A DNA stretch of 64,000 nt from NCBI RefSeq assembly GCF_006345805.1, contig NC_043025.1, forward strand, positions 4,340,001-4,404,000. Direction: 5' to 3'. Source of the DNA: Octopus sinensis (taxonomy: Eukaryota). A program made the translations under genes and the position numbers. Under the pieces are notes generated by a model, which saw nothing but the letters and a program-made list of their open reading frames with translations, ran no database searches and was not told the origin of the DNA. Below, piece by piece: positions 48,609 through 62,864 of this stretch. Position 1 is the first letter of the stretch; each line of letters starts with the position of its first letter.

Positions 48609-49487
48609 TTTAACCCTTTAGCGTTCAGATTACTCTGTTAAATGTAATAACTTTTCACTCAAATTGTTTGGAATTAATCCTGCATTATCTCATAGCTTTT
48701 GAGATTTCAATGATGTGATTGTTTATTTTAAGAATGACATTGTAGGGTAGGTGTGAGAGGCTGGATCTGGCCTTGTTTTCAATTAATCATGCATTATCTC
48801 ATAGCTTTTGAGATTTCAATGATGTGATTGTTTATTTTTAGAATGACATTGTAGGGTAGGTGTGAGAGGCTGGATCTGGCCTTGTTTTGAATTAATCATG
48901 CATTATCTCATAGGTTTGAGATTTCAATGATGTGATTGTTTATTTTAAGAATGACATTGTAGGGTAGGTGTGAGAGGCTGGATCTGGCCTTGTTTTGAAT
49001 TAATCCTGCATTATCTCATAGGTTTGAGATTTCAATGATGTGATTGTTTATTTTTAGAATGACATTGTAGGGTAGGTGTGAGAGGCAGGATCTGGCCTTG
49101 TTTTCAATTAATCATGCATTATCTCATAGGTTTGAGATTTCAATGATGTGATTGTTTATTTTTAGAATGACATTGTAGGGTAGGTGTGAGAGGCTGGATC
49201 TGGCCTTGTTTTGAATTAAACATGCATTATCTCATAGCTTTGAGATTTCAAAGATGTGATTGATTATTTTTAGAATGACATTGTAGGGTAGGTGTGAGAG
49301 GCTGGATCTGGCCTTGCTTTGAATTAATCATGCATTATCTCATAGCTTTGAGATTTCAATGATGTGATTGTTTATTTTTAGAATGACATTGTAGGGTAGG
49401 TGTGAGAGGCTAGATATCGCCAGTTTGAATATGAAACATGTAGAATATATTGGGCTGGATTTGGCCGGTTTAAACACTAAAGGGTTA
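48609..49487. mobile_element. Family F piggyBac-like MITE with seven internal ~108-bp tandem units
   Basis: TTAACCCTTTAGCG start and CTAAAGGGTTAA end; the unit restarts at ~48672, 48781, 48890, 48998, 49106, 49214 and 49322. Confidence 0.85.
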
Positions 49488-49707
49488 AAGCAACAAGGGG
49501 TTCTGCCTTCCACCCACTCTCTCAACACTTCATCTCCAATATTTTCCAGTGTTTCTACAGTACCCTGTATGACCAGATCCAATATTCGGCCCTTCCATAC
49601 CGAATTTTCTGTTTTTGTGGCTTAGAGGACGGTTATTTCTTCTTTACTAAGGGCACATTATTTAGATCAGATCCACTTGCATAGGCCACCTTTGCAACAT
49701 TCGCGCA

Positions 49708-51498
49708 CCTGTCTTTTACTCTTTATATTTTGTACTGTCGTTACTGTCCTGTTTCTGTTACCATTTTTACCCCTCCGCAAGAAGATCTCAAATTTTATTT
49801 AATTTGCTTTTCGTGGGAAGGAAAGTTTCTATCGAAGATGCATATCGCCTTCACCTTCGAAACGCAGAGTAGATGAAACCATGGCGACTGACGAAGGGGA
49901 ATTTTTCTTGGGTTATTTGTCCTGTACTCTATATTTTCGTTGTTTAAGAAAAATGTCCAGTTCCTTGGTTTTGTGTTTATGTTTTTGTTTCTCATTGTGT
50001 TAGACGTTTTTTGGTGTCCTGTACCCATATATGCATGTATATATACATGTAGAGGTAGGTACGTACATATATGTATGTATATATGCATATGTTTTATTTA
50101 TTAATTTATATATATATATATATATGTACACACAAATATGTATATCAGTGCAGACATTATATATATTCATATACATATATACATACACACATATATATAT
50201 ATATACATACATATACATATTAAACTTTTTAATACTTTTTGATAGTTATATATGTTTAAAAATAAATAAATAAAAAATAAAAAATATATAAAAATTTATA
50301 AATGTTTCTTTTCAGATATCATCAGAAAAAGGTAATTAAAATTCATTACAATGACAGATCTGTTGGACTTTCAAAGCGGTAAAATTGTTGGTGCTTGTAT
50401 TGTCTCAATGGTCCTGTGGGTAAAGACATACAGACCTATCAGCACATATACCCCTGGGACAAAGGTTCAATCTTAGCCCATACTGATTGTTTTTTTTTTG
50501 TTTTTTTCTTAATATAGGTTTAAATATATTATTTTCACACTAGCTTTTGTAGTTGTCTCAATGGTCTTGTGGGTAAAGTCATGGACATAACAACCCATGA
50601 ACCTTGTTAACATAGGTTCAATCTTGGTAAAAGTAGTCAGTGTTTTTTTTTTCTCTCCATTTACAGAAAAAATAAAATAAAATAAAATCCTATCACAGTC
50701 CCCCACCTGGGACTGAACCCTCCATCCATCTACCCCACTGTCTTGTTTGTGACCCCTCCCCCCTATCCACTGGCCCATAAGGCCAGTAATACTACTTGTA
50801 GCAAGAATGAGATACTTAAATCTATTTTAATGATTGGTCAGTAATTACATTAGTTTGATAAGTTTAAATATATTATTTTCAAAGTAGTTATTGTTGTTGT
50901 CTCAATGGTCTTGTGGGTAAAGACATGGACACAGCAATACATATATCCCTTGGACAAAGGTTCAAATCCTTGTAAATGTATTCAGTGATTATTTTTTTTT
51001 TTACACCCCTTCTTCATTTACAGAAAAAATAAAATCACATCGCACTCCCTACCTAAGACTGAAACCTCCATCTACCCCAGTGCTTTGTTTGTCACCAACC
51101 ACAAGGCCAGTAGTACTACTTATATAAAATATGAGATACTTGAATCAATTTTAATGATAGGTTCTCATAAATTCTCGTTTATTTATTTAATGAACGCGTT
51201 GTGTATTTATAATTGGTTTATTTTTTCAATGGTAGACATAAATGTATATAAATATATGGATCTGTATGTGTTTGTGTATATTGATGTATAAATGTACGTA
51301 TATATATATATATATTTGGTAGGACTGTATATATGTAGCTGTGGCTTTGTGTAAGAATATATCAATATTTATGTATATGTGTGGAAACATAAGAGAAGGA
51401 AAGCTCCAGAGAAGAGAAGACAGAGTAAAAAAAGTCGCCAACGGTACACACGAGGTCACATTTTGTGACATACATACATACATACATATATATGTATG

Positions 51499-51530
<32 letters not shown>

Positions 51531-51688
51531 TATATGTATGTATGTATATATATGTATGTATGTATGTATATATATGTATATATATATATGTATGTATATA
51601 TATGTATATATATATGTATGTATATATATGTATATATATATATATATCTATATGTATGTATGTATAAGTATGTATGTATATATGTATG

Positions 51689-51734
<46 letters not shown>

Positions 51735-52233
51735 GTATGTATGTATGTGTATGTATGTGTATGTATGTATGTGTATGTATGTATATGTTTGTATGTATGT
51801 GTATGTATGTATATATGTATGCATGTATATATGTATGTATGCATATATATATATGTATGTATATATGTATATTTGTATGTATATGTATGTATGTATGTAT
51901 ATATGTATATTTGTATGTATATGTATGTATGTATATATGTATGTATTTTTGTATGTATGTGTGTAAGTATATATGTATGTATATATGTATGAATGTATGT
52001 ATATATGTATGAATGTATATATGTATGTATGTATATATGTATGCATGTATATATGTATGTATATGTATATGTATATATATATATGTATGTGTATATATAT
52101 ATATATGTATATGTATATATATGTATATGTATGTATATATATATGTATATATATATATATGTACATGTATGAACATATATGTATGTATATATGTATGTAT
52201 GTATGTACATATATGTATGTATATATGTATGTA

Positions 52234-52283
<50 letters not shown>

Positions 52284-52299
52284 GAATGTATATATGTAC

Positions 52300-52346
<47 letters not shown>

Positions 52347-52411
52347 TGTATATATGTACGTACATATATATATATAATATATATATATATGAATGTATAT
52401 ATGTATGTACG

Positions 52412-52446
<35 letters not shown>

Positions 52447-52479
52447 ATATATATGTATGTATATATATGTGTATGTATG

Positions 52480-52510
<31 letters not shown>

Positions 52511-53303
52511 ACGTATATATATATATATATATGTATGTATATATATATGTATGTATGTATGAATATATATGTATGTATGAATATATATATGTATGTATGT
52601 ATATATATGTATGTATGTATATATATTATATATATATATATGTATTATATATATGTATATATTATGTATGTATATATATGTATATATATATATATATCTA
52701 TATATATGTATGTATAATGTATGTATGTATATATATGTATATGTATGTATATATATTATATATATATATATATATATAATATTATATATATGTATGTATG
52801 TGTGTGTGTATATATATATGTAGTTATGTATACATATTTATGTATATATATGTATGTATATCAAGAACAATCTTACTTAGAAATGGATGCGTGTGTTCCG
52901 TCCTATAATAAATTAATAAATAAAACATATGCATATATGTATATGTACGTACCTACCTCTACATGTATATATACATGCATATATGGGTACAGGACACCAA
53001 AAAACGTCGAACACAATGAGAAACAAAAACATAAACACAAAACCAAGGAACTGGACATTTTTCTTAAACAACGGATAAATAGAGTACAGGACAAATAACA
53101 CAAGGAAAATTCCCCTTCATCAGTCGCCATGGTTTCATCTACTCTGCGTTTCGAAGGTGAAGGCGATACGCATCTTCGATAGAAACTTTCCTTCCCGCGA
53201 AAAGCAAACCAAATAAAATTTGAGATCTTTTTGCGGAGGGGTAAAAATGGTAACAAAAACAGGACAGAAACGACAGTGCAAAATATAAACAGTATAAGAC
53301 AGG
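49708..53303. repeat. Pair of ~400-bp inverted repeats (49708-50108, 52903-53303) enclosing degenerate direct repeats and a 1.4-kb (TA/TATG)n tract
   Basis: Direct reverse-complement match of the arms; microsatellite at 51465-52860. Confidence 0.8.
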
Positions 53304-53648
53304 TGATGGTGACCCCCTTCGGTCAGACACTGACCATGGGTTTGCACCTAGAGAGTTACCCTCTGAGGCACAAGTCTGGGCAAGGTTGTTTTATGGAAGA
53401 CCAGCAGTCGCCCATGCATACCAGCCCCTCCTCTCCACACCACCGATGTTATCCAAGGGAAAGGCAAAGGGGCCAATACAGCTTGGCACCTGTGACTTTG
53501 TAACTCATTTCTACAGCTGAGTGAACTGGAGCAACGTGAAATAAAGTGCCTTGCTCAAGAACACAACACGCAGCCCGGTCCGGGATTCGAGCTCACAACC
53601 TCACGATCGTAAGCTCGACGCTCTAACCACTGAGCCACACGCCTTCAC
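53304..53648 (-). mobile_element. tRNA-derived CORE-type SINE with a 13-bp TSD
   Basis: Head ggcgtgtggctcagtggttagagcg...ctcgaatccc and CORE-like ttgagcaaggcact...gctccagttcactcagctg; TSD agta(t/a)aagacagg at 53291-53303 and 53649-53661. Confidence 0.8.
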
Positions 53649-53929
53649 AGTAAAAGACAGGACAAGGAGAATAACAAGACAAGAAGGGCTGTTAAGCCGA
53701 ACGAGATAAAGTGTTATGAACGCTATTTTTGAAAACGGCGAAGAAGCAACAGAAAATGCCGTATACACTTCAAGGAAGCTGGGTCAGAAAGACAGTAGCA
53801 GAGCTCTCGTCGCGGGTCAACGACGGGAGGGAGGAAGAGGAGTAAGATATACATACGTATGTATATATATGTATGTATGTATGTACGTATATATGTATGT
53901 TTGTATGTATATATGTATGTATGTATATT

Positions 53930-55292
53930 AGGTACCAGTTACGCACTGGGGTCGATATAATCAACTTAATCCATTTGTCTGTCCTTGTTTGTCCCCTCTG
54001 TGTTTAGCCCCTTGTGGGTAGTAAAGAAATAGGTATTTTGTCTGTCGTTATGTTCCGAGTTCTAATTCCGCCGAGGTCGACTTTGCCTTTCATCCTTTCG
54101 GGTCGATAAATTAAGTACCAGTTACGCACTGGGGTCGACGTAATCTCTTTGTCTGTCATTGTTTGTCCTCTCTGTGTTTAGCCCCTTGTGGGCAATAAAG
54201 AAATAGGTATTTTGTCTGCTGTTACATTCTGAGTTCAAATTTCGCCAAGGTCGACTTTGCCTTTCATCCTTTCGGGGCCGATAAATTAAGTACCAGTTAC
54301 GCACTGGGGTCGATGTAATCGATTTAATCCCTTTGTTTGTCCCTTCTGTGTTTAGCCCCTTGTGGGTAATAAAGAAATAGGTATTTTGTCTGCTGTTACG
54401 TTCTGAGTTCAAATTCCGCCAAGATCGACTTTGCCTTTCATCCTTTCGGGGTCGATTAAATAAGTACCAGTTACGCACTGGGGACGATATAATCGACTTA
54501 ATCCATTTGTCTGTCCTTGTTTGTCCTCTCTGTGTTTAGCCCCTTGTGGGCAATAAAGAAATAGGTATTTCGTCTGCTGTTACGTTCTGAGTTCAAATTC
54601 CGCTGAGGTCGACTTTGCCTTTCATCCTTTCGGGGTCGATAAATTAAGTACCAGTTACGCACTGGGGTCGATGTAATTGACTTAATCCCTTTGTCTGTCC
54701 TTGTTTGTCCTCTCTGTGTTTAGCCCCTTGTGGGCAATAAAGAAATAGGTATTTTGTCTGCTGTTACATTCTGAGTTCAAATTCGCCAAGGTCGACTTTG
54801 CCTTTCATCCTTTCGGGGCCGATATAAATAAGTACCAGTTACGCACTGGGGTCGATGTAATCGATTTAATCCCTTTGTTTGTACCTTCTGTGTTAGCCTG
54901 TGTGTGTGTATAAAGAAATAGGTATTTTGTCTGCTGTTACATTCTGAGTTCAAATTCCGCCAAGATCGACCTGCCTTTCATCCTTTCGGGGTCGATAAAT
55001 TAAGTACCAGTTACGCACTGGGGTCGATGTATGTAATTGACTTAATCCCTTTGTCTGTCCTTGTTTGTCCTCTCTGTGTTTAGCCCCTTGTGGTAGTAAA
55101 GAAAGAAATAGGTTTGTCTGCTGTATGTTCTGAGTTCAAATTCCGCCGAGGTCGACTTTGCCTTTCATCTTTTCGGGGTCGATAAATTAAGTACCAGTTA
55201 CGCACTGGGGTCGATGTAATCGATTTAATCCCTTTGTCTGTCCTTGTTTGTTCCCTCTGTGTTTAGCCCCTTCTGGGCAATAAAGAAATAAG
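53930..55292 (+). repeat. Head-to-tail array of headless SINE B units (~175-185 bp)
   Basis: The motif gtaccagttacgcactgggg occurs eight times; junction aaagaaata|ggtattt(t/c)gtctg. Confidence 0.9.
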
Positions 55293-55723
55293 ATGGATTT
55301 AGTACTGACAGTCTGTGCTGTGTACCAGTATTAGGCTGTTCAGTAACTACATGGTTTTCTGTACAAGGAATTTTACAGTGTATTTACTGATCATTGTCAG
55401 CGTGTGTGGGTTTGAAAACGTGGTGCTGCACAGAGCAAGACATCGCACCTCCCACACACACAGTGTTTTGATGTGGTCAGTCCCACTATCCATCTGCAAA
55501 GGGTTAACATTAGTTACAAAAGCCGGAACAACAAAGATTTCTAACATTGGCACAAAGTTGCAAATTTTCTGGGAGGGTCTAGTTGATAGCATCAACCTTG
55601 ATACTTGACAGGTACTTACCTTATCGAACCCTGGAGAGTGAAAAGCAAAGCTGAGCCTGCCTGCCTGCCAGGCTCAGCTTTGCTTTTGAACTTGGAACAT
55701 AATAGGATGTAACTAAACACAAG

Positions 55724-56650
55724 GGAGAGCTCTCATGGAGGCGCCATCCAACCAAAATGCAAATGTATGGGAAACTACCACCTATGTCATCTCTTGTGAA
55801 AGGTAGGAGAGTCCAGTTTGCTGGACATTGTTGTAGAGCTGGAAAAGAGGTAATTTCTACTCTTCTCCTCTGGAAGCCATCTACTCGCAATACCAGAGGG
55901 CGCACACTCTTCGAGAGGCAGTTGGATGGAACCTACACTCGCCTCCTTATGAGAGCTCAAAATCTCTCGTGGAAGCGCCATCCAACCAAAATGCAAATAT
56001 ATGGGAAACTACCACCTATGTCATCTCTTGTGAAAGGTAGGAGAGTCCAGTTTGCTGGACATTGTTGTAGAGCTGGAAAAGAGGTAATTTCTACTCTTCT
56101 CCTCTGGAAGCCATCTACTCGCAATACCAGAGGGCGCACACTCTTCGAGAGGCAGTTGGATGGAACCTACACTCGCCTCCTTATGAGAGCTCAAAATCTC
56201 TCGTGGAAGCGTCATCCAACCAAAATGCAAATATATGGGAAACTACCACCTGTGTCATCTCTTGTGAAAGGTAGGAGAGTCCAGTTTGCTGGACATTGTT
56301 GTAGAGCTGAAAAAGAAGTAATTTCTACTCTTCTCCTCTGGAAGCCATCTACTCGCGATACCAGAGGGCGCACACTCTCCTACCCTGATGTAATCTCCAG
56401 GGATACAGGCATCCAGCAACAGGACCTTCATAATGCTATGATGGACCGTGAAGTCTGGTGTAGCATGGGAAATTCCATTGTCTCGACCACGGTCGCAATA
56501 CCAGAGGGCACACACTCTCCTACCCTGATGTAATCTCCAGGGATACAGGCATCCAACAACAGGACCTCCGTAAGCCATGATGGACCGTGAAGTCCGGCGT
56601 AGCATGGTAAATTCCATTGTCTCGACCACAGTCGAAAAATGATGATGAAA
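55724..56650 (+). mobile_element. RTE-clade 3' fragment with in-frame 234-bp repeats and a duplicated tail
   Basis: The ORF 55757..56533 unit restarts at 55757, 55991 and 56225; same family as 6176-7020. Confidence 0.88.
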
Positions 56651-58808
56651 CACAAGGTATTCAGTCCAGTGCTATCATTGCTACCTCTTCACAGACCTCC
56701 ATCATCATTTAATGTCCGTTTTCCATGCTAGCATTGATTGGACGATTTTGACTGATGGCTGCACCAGGCTCCAATCTTGATCTGGCAGAGTTTCTACAGC
56801 TGGATGCCCTTCCTAACACCAATCACTCTGAGAGTGTAGTGGGTGCTTTTTACGTACCACCTGCATGGGGGCCAGTCAGGCGGTACTGACAATGACCTCG
56901 CTTGAATCTTTTTACATGTGCCGGTGGCACAGGTGCCAGTGAAGCGATGTTGGTAACGATCACACTCGAATGGTGCCCTTTTACGTGCCATGGGTACGGA
57001 AGCTAGTTGGCTGCTCTGGCAACGATCACGCTCGGATGGTGTTCTTGGCACCCTACTAGCACAGGTATAAGTGCCAGTAGGGCGACGCTGGTAACGATCA
57101 TACTCGAATGGTGCCTTTTAAGTGCCCCTGGCACAGAAGCTGGTTAGCCGCTCTGTCAATGATCACACTCGTATGATGCTCTTTGCACCCCGCAAGCACG
57201 GATGCCAGTCATCGAAATGATTTTGATTTTGATTTCCCTTACCTCAACAGGTCTCTGCAAGCAAAGTTTAGTGAACATATATAAATATCAAAAAGAAAAA
57301 CAAAAAAAAGGCGCAGGAGTGGCTGTGTGGTAAGTAGCTTGCTAACCAACCACATAGTTCCAGGTTCAGTCCCACTGCGTGGCATCTTGGGCAAGTGTCT
57401 TCTGCTATAGCCCCGGGCCGACCAATGCCTTGTGAGTGGATTTGGTAGACGGAAACTGAAAGAAGCCCGTCGTATATATGTATATATAGGCGGAGTGGCT
57501 GTGTGTGTTTGTGTGTCTGTGTTTGTCCCCCTAGCATTGCTTCACAACCGATGCTGGTGTAGTTTACGTCCCCATCACTTAGTGGTTCGGCAAAAGAGAC
57601 CGATAGAATAAGTACTGCGTGGCATCTTGGGCAAGTGTCTTCTGCTATAGCCTCGGGCTGACCAATGCCTTGTGAGTAGATTTGGCAGGCGGAAACTGAA
57701 AGAAGCCTGTCGTATATATGTATATATATATGTGTATGTGTATGTGTGTGCATGTATGTTTGTGTTTGTCTCCCTAGCATTGCTTCACAACCGATGCTGG
57801 TGTGTTTACGTCCCCGTCACCTTGCGGTTCGGCAAAAGAGACCGATAGAATAAGTACTGGGTTTACAAAAGAATAAGTCCCGGGGGTCGATTTGCTCGAC
57901 TAAAAAAGGCGGTGCTCCAGCATGGCCGCAGTCAAATGGCTGAAACAAGTAAAAGAGTAAAAAAAAAATAAAAAACAACTCAACAAAAATAATTATGACA
58001 AAGACAATAGCTAATGACAAATGTAAAATGAAAGTTTTAATTGTGAGACAACTGAAACAAATTATCCGATGTTAAACCCACCCCTTCCCTCCCACCCGAA
58101 CACAAAGAGGTGGGTCAATGAGGTCGTGTAGGGGTTGTCTCCGATGGCTAGATAGAATAAAATATGGCAGCAACACCAATAAAATGGAGGTTGGCTTACA
58201 TCTTAATTTCTTTTTTTTCTTTCTTTTGTTTTGTTAACGATATTTCACAACCATACATCAAAAATCAAAGTCCATACCATTAATTAAAACAGCTTAGAAT
58301 TAATACTGATGAACGGAAAAAATGCATATATAAATATACATACATAACCACATATACACAAACACACATAAATATATATATACATATACATATATATATA
58401 TATATAAATGTCTGCTTTTTATGTCAAGTTATAATATATTAAAAAAATGTCTCAACATTAAATTGAAGAACTACCCAATACAAGTACCTGCTTATTAAAC
58501 TTTTACTAGAAGAAGGGTGACAGTGACCGCGAAGGGTCCGGCTGTTGGTTTTTCACTGGACTCTCCAATGAGGGCTAGCAGTATGATACTTCGAAGTCAC
58601 TGTCAGCCGCCTTCTTGCAAAAGTTAAATATATATATTATACACACACACACATATATATATATATGTATGTATATATATGTATAAAGATGTATATATAT
58701 ATACACAAATTTATATATATATACACACATATATGGACACACATATATACACAGATATATACCTATACACACACACATGTATACAGATGCATATATAAAT
58801 ATTATATA

Positions 58809-58846
<38 letters not shown>

Positions 58847-59229
58847 TATTATGTATAATGATATTAGGGAGTATAGCTCCAAACTTAAAGGGAAAAATTT
58901 GATCAAGTATTGAATCAAATTTCACAGTTGTTTTATATTATTTTATCTTATTATATATTATATATATATATATATAGTATTATATATATATATATATATA
59001 TATATAAAGATGCACATGTATACAAAGTATATAACACACACACACACACACGCATGCATGTAGAAAGTGCTTCGCAGGATTAGATTTCCCTTGAAATAAA
59101 TCTGCTGACTTACTGTAGGTGTCACTGTGATTTTCTCATCCTTTCTTATTTATTTGTTCAGGTAGCAAATAGGGGGGGGGGGAAATCTCATCATTCTTGT
59201 TGCCTCAACGAAACCCAGAACAGCAACAG

Positions 59230-59267
59230 TCTAATATTAGTTTCATATAATCACACACACATGTATG

Positions 59268-59299
<32 letters not shown>

Positions 59300-59386
59300 T
59301 ATACATACATACATATATATATACATACATACATATATATATATATATGCATACATATATATATACATACATATATATATACATAC

Positions 59387-59421
<35 letters not shown>

Positions 59422-59810
59422 CATACATATATACATATATATATATACATACATATATATATATATACATACATATATATATACATACATATATATAAAC
59501 ATATATATATATATATATATATATGCATATATATACGCACATATATATACGCGCATACATATATATACATATATATATATACATATACATATATATATAT
59601 ATACACATATATATATATACACAGATATATACATATACATACATATATATATACACATATATATACATATACATACATATATATATATACATACATATAC
59701 ATATATATACATATACATATATATACATATACATACACACATATATATATAAACATATATACATACATAGATATATATTTACACACACACACATATATAT
59801 ATATATATAA
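59230..59810. repeat. (TA)n/(TACA)n microsatellite; similar tracts at 51465-52860 and 62255-62980
   Basis: Direct inspection. Confidence 0.95.
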
Positions 59811-60723
59811 GGATCTCACACATTTTCTCATATATAACTGCAAACCGTTAACTGAGTTGAATCAACAATAAATTTATTTATTCTACTACAAGTAGAAGCT
59901 TCTTTCTGTTGCTACTCTGGTTTTCACAAGAAATTCAGACAAGGAACAGCCCAAGTAATTTACCTATCTATCTATCCATCTATCTATTGATTTCTTTCTT
60001 TCTCTATAATATATATACATGCATACGCACTATACACATACATATATACATATATGTACATATACAGCCACATATACATACATATATACACACACAGACA
60101 CACATTGATATACTGACAAGATTGCTAGACATCGATCTGACAACAGGAATGCAAAGATAACTAGATATTTAAATTAACTAATTAATTGTAATTAAAAAAA
60201 TACAATTCCATAAGAATTAACAATTATGATTACCGACACAATTAATTAACTCTACCTACAACTATTATTATGACCAATTATCATAATATTAAAACAACAC
60301 AATCTAAATAATAATAACCATCATCATTATTATTATTATCAACATCATCATCATTTAATTAATCAAGGTTTTCCTTAATTATGATGCTAACAATATTAGG
60401 GAGAGGAGAAGTGGAAAGCAGATGTATTCAATTGATACAAGGCCAGTATATCACTGGTATTTCATTTCCACGCTGCCAACACACTCCTTCCCTGGGTGAA
60501 CTAACATAAAAACTAGCAGTAGCCTGATGCTCTTAAACATTGCTGCCAAACCATCATGGAATCGGTAGAGCAACAGACTTAAAGAACTTATGGTATTTAA
60601 ATACACATGTCCCTTTGAGTTCTGAGTTGAAAACCTTTTTGCAAAGAGGAGGAGGTGGAAGAGGAAGTAGTTAATTATATATTCATTATATATTCATTTA
60701 GTATTAAATATTGATTTTCCTCA

Positions 60724-61310
60724 AGTCCAAAATATATATATATATATATATGTATATATTTCTTTATTGTCCACAAGGGGCTAAACATAGAGGGGACAAA
60801 CAAGGACAGACAAAGGGATTAAGTCGATTACATCGACCCCAGTGCGAAACTGGTACTTTATTTATCGACCCCGAAAGGATGAAAGGCAAAGTCCAGAATA
60901 TATATATATATGTATATATTTCTTTACTGTTCACAAGGGGCTAAACATAGAGGGGACAAACAAGGACAGACAAAGGGATTAAGTCGATTATATCGACCCC
61001 AGTGCGAAACTGGTACTTTATTTATCGACCCCGAAAGGATGAAAGGCAAAGTCCAGAATATATATATATATATGTATATATTTCTTTACTGTTCACAAGG
61101 GGCTAAACATAGAGGGGACAAACAAGGACAGACAAAGGGATTAAGTCGATTACGTCGACCCCCAGTGCGAAACTGGTACTTTATTTATCGACCCCGAGAG
61201 GATGAAAGGCAAAGTTGACCTCGGCGGAATTTGAACTCAGAACGTAACGACAGACGAAATACCGCTAAGCATTTCGCCCGGTGCGCTAACGTTTCTACCA
61301 GCTCGCCGCC
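60724..61310 (-). mobile_element. SINE B with a local ~160-bp tandem duplication that includes flanking DNA
   Basis: Units are joined at aaag|tccagaatatata, using microhomology AAGT between the flank (60723) and the SINE body. Confidence 0.75.
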
Positions 61311-61348
61311 TATATGTATGTATATATATTAAAAGTAATGAAGTCAAT

Positions 61349-61608
61349 GTCCGGTCATAGAGTGACCGACGGTCTTGCATCCATAAAAGGCCTCTAAAGC
61401 CGAAGGCAAATGTAATCTTCCACCTCTGGCAGGAATCCATTATGGTCATCTGGTCAGTTAGTTGCTAAAACATGAATTGTCCGAAATTGATTCCTGCCTC
61501 CAAAAAATGAAGAATTACATTTGAATTCGATTTTAGACTCTGATGAGACATCCACAAGGCTAAGTCCTTTGTGGATGCAAAACCACTGGTCACTCTATGG
61601 CTGGATAT
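61349..61608. mobile_element. ~260-bp element with ~45-bp imperfect terminal inverted repeats
   Basis: tccggtcatagagtgaccgacggtcttgcatcc versus ggatgcaaaaccactggtcactctatggctgga. Confidence 0.55.
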
Positions 61609-61685
61609 AAACTCAGTTACTTTTAATATATAACTGCACTATGTTTTAGAGGGTACTTCTTGTTTGGATACATGAAACATAGACA

Positions 61686-61720
<35 letters not shown>

Positions 61721-62365
61721 ATATATAATATATATATATATAGATATAGATATATAGATAGATAGATATATATATTATATATACACATATGTATATAGGG
61801 GGGGTTAGAGAAGAGCATTCTAAGAGATAGACATTGACACCAGTATACCACTGGTATCAAGTTTAATAACAAACCCTTCCCCCATCCACTCTCCTCCACT
61901 CCATGACTAAGATTGTAGGAGCTGGTCTCAGAACTCAAACGGGTGAAACTAGAAACAGCAATGTCCATGGACCGAGATACCACCAGGTAGGACATTTAAG
62001 AACCATAACTCATGATGAATAACCATTTTTTTTTTCTTTTTTCTTTTTTAAACATAGGCACACAAAGCCAAAAGAGGGGGCATGTTGGAAAGGGGTGGGG
62101 TGGCAGGGCGTGGGGCTCCAGTATTGCACTGGTAAATATATTTCATTGACCACCAGGAAGTATGAAATATAAAGGTGACTCTGGTAGGGTTTGAACTCAG
62201 AACAATATTGATAATTTAATATTTATTGCTTCTAAACTAGGGGTTCAACATAATTTGTCTTACACACACACACACACACACACATTGTATATATGTGTAA
62301 ATATACAAATATACATGTACATGAGTGTGTGTATGTATGCAATATATATATATTTATATAACATA

Positions 62366-62408
<43 letters not shown>

Positions 62409-62419
62409 ATATTACACAC

Positions 62420-62450
<31 letters not shown>

Positions 62451-62819
62451 ATACATACATACATATATATGTAATATATATATATTAATACATATATATT
62501 GTATACATATGTATATATACAATATACATATGTACATTAGTGTATATGTATACATACACACACTCACACATCTATGTATGTATACATACATACATACATA
62601 TCTATAATATATATATATATATATATAGATAGATAGATGTGTGTATATATATATAATATATATAGATATATATATATATATATATTACACACATATACAT
62701 ATATATATAACACACATGCATATACATGCACACATGTGTGTATATATATATATTACACGCATATACATATATATAACTATATTTCTACACACACATGCAT
62801 ATACATGTACACATATGCG

Positions 62820-62864
<45 letters not shown>

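Noticed and set aside
49850-49905. CGAAAC...CTGACGA as a hammerhead ribozyme
   Set aside because: The complementarity (ttcaccttcg / cgaaggggaa) overlaps the core nucleotides, and stems I and II cannot form in register; it is a simple hairpin.
51341-52823. Many long ORFs rich in Y/I/C/V/M/H/T (also 37324-37918, 39185-39590, 59205-59871 and 62255-63210)
   Set aside because: They are translations of (TA)n, (TATG)n and (TCTA)n microsatellites, which lack stop codons in several frames.
53575-53648. tRNA-like sequences at SINE heads (also 500, 3352, 17457 and 19438) as tRNA genes
   Set aside because: A and B boxes are present, but the cloverleaf is incomplete and each continues into a SINE body and tail.
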